Positions 57,566-64,000 of a DNA stretch of 64,000 nt are shown here, in pieces. The notes beneath the pieces are model-generated. The model searched no databases. It was not told the origin of the DNA and saw only the letters and a list, made by a program, of their open reading frames with translations. Every line of letters starts with the position of its first letter. Position 1 is the first letter of the stretch. Source of the DNA: Eledone cirrhosa (taxonomy: Eukaryota); contig CAXHJY010001203.1 in assembly GCA_964016885.1 (NCBI GenBank), positions 32,853 to 96,852 on the forward strand, written 5' to 3'. A program made the translations under genes and the position numbers.

Positions 57566-59359
57566 ATACACATAATACGCACTCACAAGTAATCTTCAGA
57601 AAAATACAGCAATTCTTCAATGTTTTATTAATATTTCTTCAATTTCCATCATTCTGCTATGTGTCACAGGAAATATATAGTATCGCCCATTTTACCATAT
57701 CTTATTCAGTCATTGTATAAAGAATATAATTAAAAAGCACTGCACCAATCCATTTGCTGTATAATATCCCTGAACACTCTTTTCAGCGACTGTTTCTAAA
57801 CATTCAATATAACTGCACACATACCTTCGTGAATGGTCTATTGCAATTGACAATGTGGTCCTTGAACTAACTGACGTGCCATGCTTTTAAGTAGGCAGCT
57901 CCATTACTTTGTTTCGTTGTGTTCAGTGAAATGAAGAGAAATATGACAACAGAAGACATAGGTTGTGTTGTACTTATTGGCTGTTAGCCCGAACCAACGT
58001 TTCTATCTGTTTCACGCTATTTTTAGTCACATCACATAAATAGATTTTGAACAGTTTCAATGAGTTACCTTAACTGCATGCTGTGTTTTGCTCGACTCCG
58101 CCAGTTCAGAAACCCGCTGTGATAACAGATTAATTATATCGACATCGACATTCCGTTTATTATTAAGACCTCTACCACCAACACCACTTCATTTCAGTCA
58201 TGTTTATTTTACAAAATGCTTGTCAGACAGTTTTATTATTTTGAAATTCAGAAGACATGTGGTACTCCAGCATGGTCTTGGTTTCAACAGTTTAAAAAAA
58301 TCCTAAACGACTATGTATACCACAGTGTCCCTTTTTGTAAAATTACACATCACTAAACGTTTGCGTTCTGACGTGAATATTTAATTCTGGTTTGGTGGGA
58401 GTGAATTGGGAGTATCGGTAAAGCGTCGGATAAAATACTTTGCTGTATTTAGTTAGGACTTTCTACGTTCTGAGTTCAAATCCTGTCGAGGTCAACTTTG
58501 TCTTTAATCCTTCCAGGCTCCATAAAAAATAGTACTGAGGTTGATTTAATCAACTTTGCCCTTCCCACAAACGCGCTAGCCTTGTGCCTAAACCAGAAAT
58601 CAATATGTCTCGTGTGAGTATTAAAATATCGAAATTTCCATAATATATTTCCTGCAACATTGAAGCAAGAGCTCTTGACATTTCCCAATGATTTCCCACT
58701 CCTTTGAGACATTAATGAAAACGGGTAATTCTGCAAGAAAATCAGTGTAATCTTAGTCACGTTTCTCAAATTATTACTTAGCTTTTGAACTTGGCTTTTG
58801 AACTTAATGTTCAATACCAGAGCTCAGAAATTAGGCAATGTTGAGGCTAACTGATACGCAAATAGTTAATTGATTGGATAATAATTTAATTAGTAGTTAT
58901 GTACAATAACATACCCACAAGCATGTGAAGTGTAAATTACACGGGATCTTGTTAAGCGTTTCCTAATGAATTTAAAATTATGTATATTTGAAATTAATAC
59001 ATATTTATTTTAAAATGTATAGGATAATTCCACAGGATAGACAGAATAGAGGAATATTATCAACAATCAAAGTCATCCTTTCTGTTTCATATTTCTTAAT
59101 TGCTAATTAAATAGAAAGGTTCAGGTATAGCCGTAGGATTAAGTTCCCGTCACGAGTATGTGGTTCCAATTTCGATCTCATTGCCCGGAACCTTGGACAT
59201 ATGTCTAACTACTAGTCCTGGGATCAATATGAATGACTAAAACCTTTGAAATCAGTGCTCAAGCTTGGGCGTAGTCCTATGAATGAAAAGAAACAGAATA
59301 TAATTTGTGGAGAGGGAAATATTGATTATATCCTTCCTACTACTTTACTGGTTTATATG

Positions 59360-59543
59360 CGGTGGTTTAGCAGTATCGGTAGAGAGTCAGGCACCATGCT
59401 CTTCAGTATTGAGTTATGGCCCTTTACGTTCTGAGTTCAAATCCCGCTGAGGTTAACTTTGCCTTTCATCCTGGGGTCGATAAAAAAGCACCAATAATGC
59501 ACTGGGGTAATTGCTGGCCTTGTGCCAAAAGTAGAAACAATTA
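59360..59543 (+). mobile_element. Young SINE A nested in an older, oppositely oriented SINE A
   Basis: The flanks TTTACTGGT (59343) and TTTTATCGAGCCCATGAAAGGCAAAG (59544) rejoin into a minus-strand copy. Confidence 0.8.
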
Positions 59544-61779
59544 TTTTATCGAGCCCATGAAAGGCAAAGTTGACTTCGGCGAAAGTTCTAATTAAATACC
59601 ACAAAGCATTTTCTTCGACGCTCTACCTATACTAGTAATCAGCCTCCCTAATAACAATAACAACAACAACAATAATAATAATCTATTTTATTTTCACGCA
59701 GGCATTGGATGGGGGAGAGTTATTACAAAGACAAGTTTCTATATGAAGGTGGAGGTTTACATAGAAACGAGAAAAGGGGGGTAACATTTATACAATGTAT
59801 ACAATTGAGATATTCAGTCCACCTGTTATAGATAGCTGAAAATCTAAGGCTAATTAAGGAATCTCAGAGATCCACAAACGCTTTGAACATCAAGGGCGAG
59901 TGCCTTCTCTCAACAATCATTGTTCGACTTACATGCACAAGCCAAGAATCACCTCATTCACTCTTACCATTTTCGTGTTTATTTTATTCATTCGAATGTC
60001 TATTGTAACCGCAACATTATTTTCAACGTTTTAAGCGATTCTATATGATCAAGCCTCTATGAAGAGGGATCCTCTATACGGTTGAGTAATCTGCAGGAAA
60101 AGGCATCCAAATCCCACCACACATCTTCAAAGATAATATGGTTCTTCATGTTCTTAAATAAACGGGAGTGTCATTGCTGGTGTCAAATATCAGTAACCCC
60201 GTGAATGATTAAATTTAGATAGTAGAAAACTCTGAACAGCTCATTAATAGCTTTAATAGTATTTACGAAAATTACGAAATAATTTATGTGAAGCGTTGGT
60301 ATTTTGATCCATGGTTTAAAATAGAATGTTGTATATTGGAGGATGAAGAATAGAAGTAGACTTTTAACATTATCACGAAGTATGAATCAATCAACCCATG
60401 GATAAATAGTTAATACATAATTTAATGAGGCAAGAATTGAAAGTGATTAAAATTACATTTATATTGAGAAAGCGGTGACGAATTGGCAGCCAATAGAACG
60501 TCATATAGAATGCTTTGCGGTATTCATCATGGCATCCCGAATTCAAAAACCTGCCGGGGTCAACTATGTCTTTCATGCTTTTGAGGTCGATAAAAAAATA
60601 TTAGTCCATTACTGGGATCAATTCTTTCTCTATATATTTCTCTCTTCCTCTCTGTTACTCCTATGGGAAGAAATTACCTGCATTTCGTCTTGGAGAGAGG
60701 ATGGGTTCCGCTAAGTTAAAAAGATGCTCAAAAGTCTGTATGTCTCTACGGTGTCCCTAAGATCCTGTCGAGGGTTACAAGACCATACATACATAGTGAG
60801 GAGACCGAATCATTGTTCAAATGAATAACTCCGGCCAAAAAAGTGAGGGCAACAATCTTCGGATTGAAAATTATAGATTGCTCTAAGTAATGAGTCTGAT
60901 CTTTTGCAGTACAGTGACAATTCCGGACATATTTTGATCTTACCAAATCCTATGAACAAAGTATAATTTAATGATCATTTCACTAATTAATTAAAATTAA
61001 TCAAAGTTTCTCGGCTCGCTAAATAAAATCTTATCTTCTGCATTCTACATTACTAATTGTATTTCCTACAGCAGGCGTCCTTGGCTCCCGTCTCGCTCAT
61101 TTAATTAATATATAATTATTTCTTTTAAGTACGGTAAATAGCCAATTGCTTGATTATATTTTCTTATCAGATGCATCCATAAATGGGGTATTCTGCAGAC
61201 TCAAGAACTTTGCTCTTCCATATATACTCAGAGGAGCATTTGAAATCAATCAATAGATTTCAAGTCACTCTCCACTTAACGACCATCCACACTTACTACT
61301 GTAAATTTTGTGTGTACACATATATGATGGGGAAGGAATTGGCAGAGTCGTTAGAGCGTTAGATGGAAGGCTTTGCAGTATTCGCTCCAGCTATCTGAGT
61401 TCAAATAACTTTGTCTTTCATTCTTTCGAGATCAATTAAAAGAGTACCAGTCTAGTTCTGAAGTTAGTTCTTCCTCTATATCTCCCGCTCAATTCCTTCC
61501 TCTTTTCTTTCCTCTCTCTCATTGGAAGAATTTGGCTATGTTCAGTCTTGGAGAGAAATGGACTTTATCAGGTTCAAAATGCCCAAGACGGCGTGCTTAC
61601 GACTGCATCAGGAATTACTGGTTCATCCTTATTTATATTTATGTTATGAATTGTTCCTTACATCTATTTGTATATACTTTATCCAGCAAATCCTTTCGCA
61701 AAATAAAACATATTTAGCTTCTAATACAGTGTTTCCACTAAACTTTTAAAATCTTCTTTATTCAGATAATCCATTTAAT

Positions 61780-61965
61780 CAGACCTGCCAACATCTAAAC
61801 ACCCTTGTACTAGTACCATGAAAAAAAGTGTCGAAAACGGGGAGAAGTGAGGCAAAATGGGGAGATTTACATAATGAAAATGAAAGCTATACCCATTTTC
61901 ACAAGAGAAGACATCTCTCACCCACCCCAAATCCCGCCGTCTGACGGGGAGAGTTGACAGGTCTG
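61780..61965. mobile_element. MITE with 13-bp TIRs and a 6-bp TSD, superfamily unassigned
   Basis: CAGACCTGCCAAC / GTTGACAGGTCTG, with TTTAAT on both sides. Confidence 0.75.
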
Positions 61966-62229
61966 TTTAATATGAAACTATCGAGTAACATTTATACTCT
62001 CGTGGACTCTATCACCCCTCGTGCAGCATTAAAACAATATTTAAAGGTTTTATAACTAAGTCGTCGGAATGGGTTGACAGAACCGTACTTGGTTATGAGT
62101 GGTTGAATAATCTAACAAGTACTCACTACACAAAGTTGAGTTTCATTAAATATTCAAATGTCTTTTGTGGTTATGAAAACGGAAAAGGAAGGAAAAGGTA
62201 AGGGCTATAGGGTCACAGACGAATGGGAG

Positions 62230-62418
62230 GGGGGAAAGGGGTGATGGACTCTGGGACTGGTTTCGAGTCGAGGCTGCGCCCGCGCACAAAATCATTCCCA
62301 CGGACAATGGCCAGCGACACCTACTGCAACAGCCACCCGATCTCGTGGGGCTCCTTCCTTAGACGTTCCGATGTCGGAAGGAGCTCGGTAGTACCCTTGA
62401 GGTCTCGACAGTGACCGG
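62230..62418 (-). mobile_element. Decayed 3' end of an RLE-type (CRE-like) non-LTR retrotransposon
   Basis: Minus-strand translation PVTVETS.V ... EIGWLLQ*VSLAIVRGN resembles the CRE restriction-like endonuclease C-terminus (P.AVET.G ... LS.A.QRGN). Confidence 0.55.
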
Positions 62419-63553
62419 TTGATGTTGTTTAGTTCTAGGACAGTTCTAAGACTTAGGATGAAAGTTACTTCAGTCCTGATTATTCTATGATTTTTTTTTT
62501 CATTTAGACATAGTTTAGAAAGGATCGCATTTAATAAGTGTTTATATTAAGGCAATCAAATATGATTTGAGAAATTTGGTTGTTATTTGGATCAGATGAA
62601 ACGATCGTTGGTCCGTTGTTACCTTATGTAAACAGTACCAGCGACAGGATACGAACCATCAAGCCTTCAGTCGGCAAATCAATAACTTATTAACCCCCAT
62701 CCCTGCATGCAACCCTTATCGCACATGACTTGGGTAACTCTTAGCCTGTACCGTATGAAACGGAACCGGCGAAATATTCTTGAAAAGTATAAACAACTCT
62801 ATAACAATATTACATTAAAAATTGATGTCCTGAATACTACGACATTTTACATGAATCTGTACACTAGTACATAAAACTACCCTCATTACAGGATGTTAAG
62901 AGTTAAGTAAAGTTTTTCATAGAAATATATTTGCATCAGAAATTCTCTCGTGTATAATAAGTGAACATTTTATGTGCACACAATTTTATGGAAAACTTCC
63001 ATTTTGTAAACAGTGGACTATAGTAATATATCTAGGGATGCCTGGCTTTCGTTCAATAATATATATCATGATTAATAGTAAGTTGTGAAATCACGTTCTT
63101 AACTGATTTTGACGTTAGTTTTATTAAAATTCACGATGGCTACATTTCGCCAAAGATTGGAGAATTCATATCATGGTCACATACAATACAACCAAGCTTT
63201 GCCAGAGGTAAACATTAGACAATAAGTACTTCTACTCGATTAGTCTTAAAATTTAAATCCTCTAAAAATGTGTCTGTGTGTATCTGTATGTGTCTGTGTT
63301 TGTCTGTGTCTTGCTGTCTCTGTCTGCGTCTCTTAGAATGTGAGTGTAGGCTCCGTCTAATCTTCTTTGCAGTGTTTAGCGTGGACGAACATGCAGAACG
63401 ATATCTGTTTACAGGGCGGGATGAATATAAGAAGTCGACGGTCATCTATCAAGCCTAAAAATGAGGTAGATTACTATTAAATATTTTGAATCTATCATTG
63501 CTAACTCTCTTGGTAATTTCACAAATGTCATAGTTTTGCCTATCATCTGACTT

Positions 63554-63645
63554 AGAGAGACCCAAACAAGAGAAGTTCCTTGATAAGAGAGACCCAGGCA
63601 AGAAAAGTTCCTTGATAAGAGAGACCCAGACAAGAGAAGTTCCTT
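63554..63645. repeat. 32-bp tandem repeat, about 3 copies
   Basis: AGAGAGACCCA..CAAGA.AAGTTCCTTGATA, head to tail. Confidence 0.9.
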
Positions 63646-64000
63646 CATGGATCCTGTAAAGTCTCTTAAATAAAACAAGCTAGAGTCATCAATTCATTTT
63701 CGCATGGAACTCTGTAATTCTACGAAAGGAAGCACCAACTAAGTAATGGTGTCAGTTTATAATGCATTCTATGAGCGAACAGAACTATAATACAAGAAAA
63801 AATAACTGAACCCCTAAAAACGTGAGAGTAAGCTCACTACAGCTTTCACCAAAATAACTGCCTTTTCTTCAATCCCCTTAGAAAATATAGTACAATTTGT
63901 GAAGTGTTGCGAGTTTACTAAACGAATTCTTTAGCCTTAATACAGAACTTATGGTAGCAATTAAATATTTTTAGAAATCAGTTTTGGTGATTATTTATTC

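Noticed and set aside
60678-60710. 33-nt minus-strand microexon candidate (RNPSSLQDEMQ)
   Set aside because: Splice-like signals this short arise by chance, and the strand is opposite to the other exon candidates.
63554-63645. 32-bp repeats resembling a CRISPR array
   Set aside because: Head-to-tail with no spacers, in a eukaryotic context with no cas genes.

Overview
AT-rich, microsatellite-dense eukaryotic DNA. The SINE families and the (TA)n load suggest an octopus or other cephalopod; this is inferred from recall, not from a search. I can support no host gene, only a few weak exon candidates. Mobile content: a young 5'-truncated Penelope-like element (RT + GIY-YIG) with an inverted partial copy, a second Penelope-like fragment, a broken CR1/L2-group LINE ORF2, RTE and CRE-like fragments, a decayed Gypsy pol, many tRNA-derived SINEs (several with TSDs), hAT and mariner-type MITEs, and Helitron-like ends. 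The main hidden signal is at the RNA level: about 15 intact, degenerate or half minimal type I hammerhead ribozyme motifs, seven of them in the first 1.8 kb. The best candidate for an undescribed system is a ~410-430 nt hairpin-rich non-coding unit. It carries a hammerhead and an octamer motif, and occurs as a 1.4-mer (24826-25400) and as a circularly permuted monomer (55594-55972). It is a retrozyme/circular-RNA candidate that local Penelope elements may mobilise. Most hammerhead/Penelope insertions have an inverted duplication at their 5' junction.
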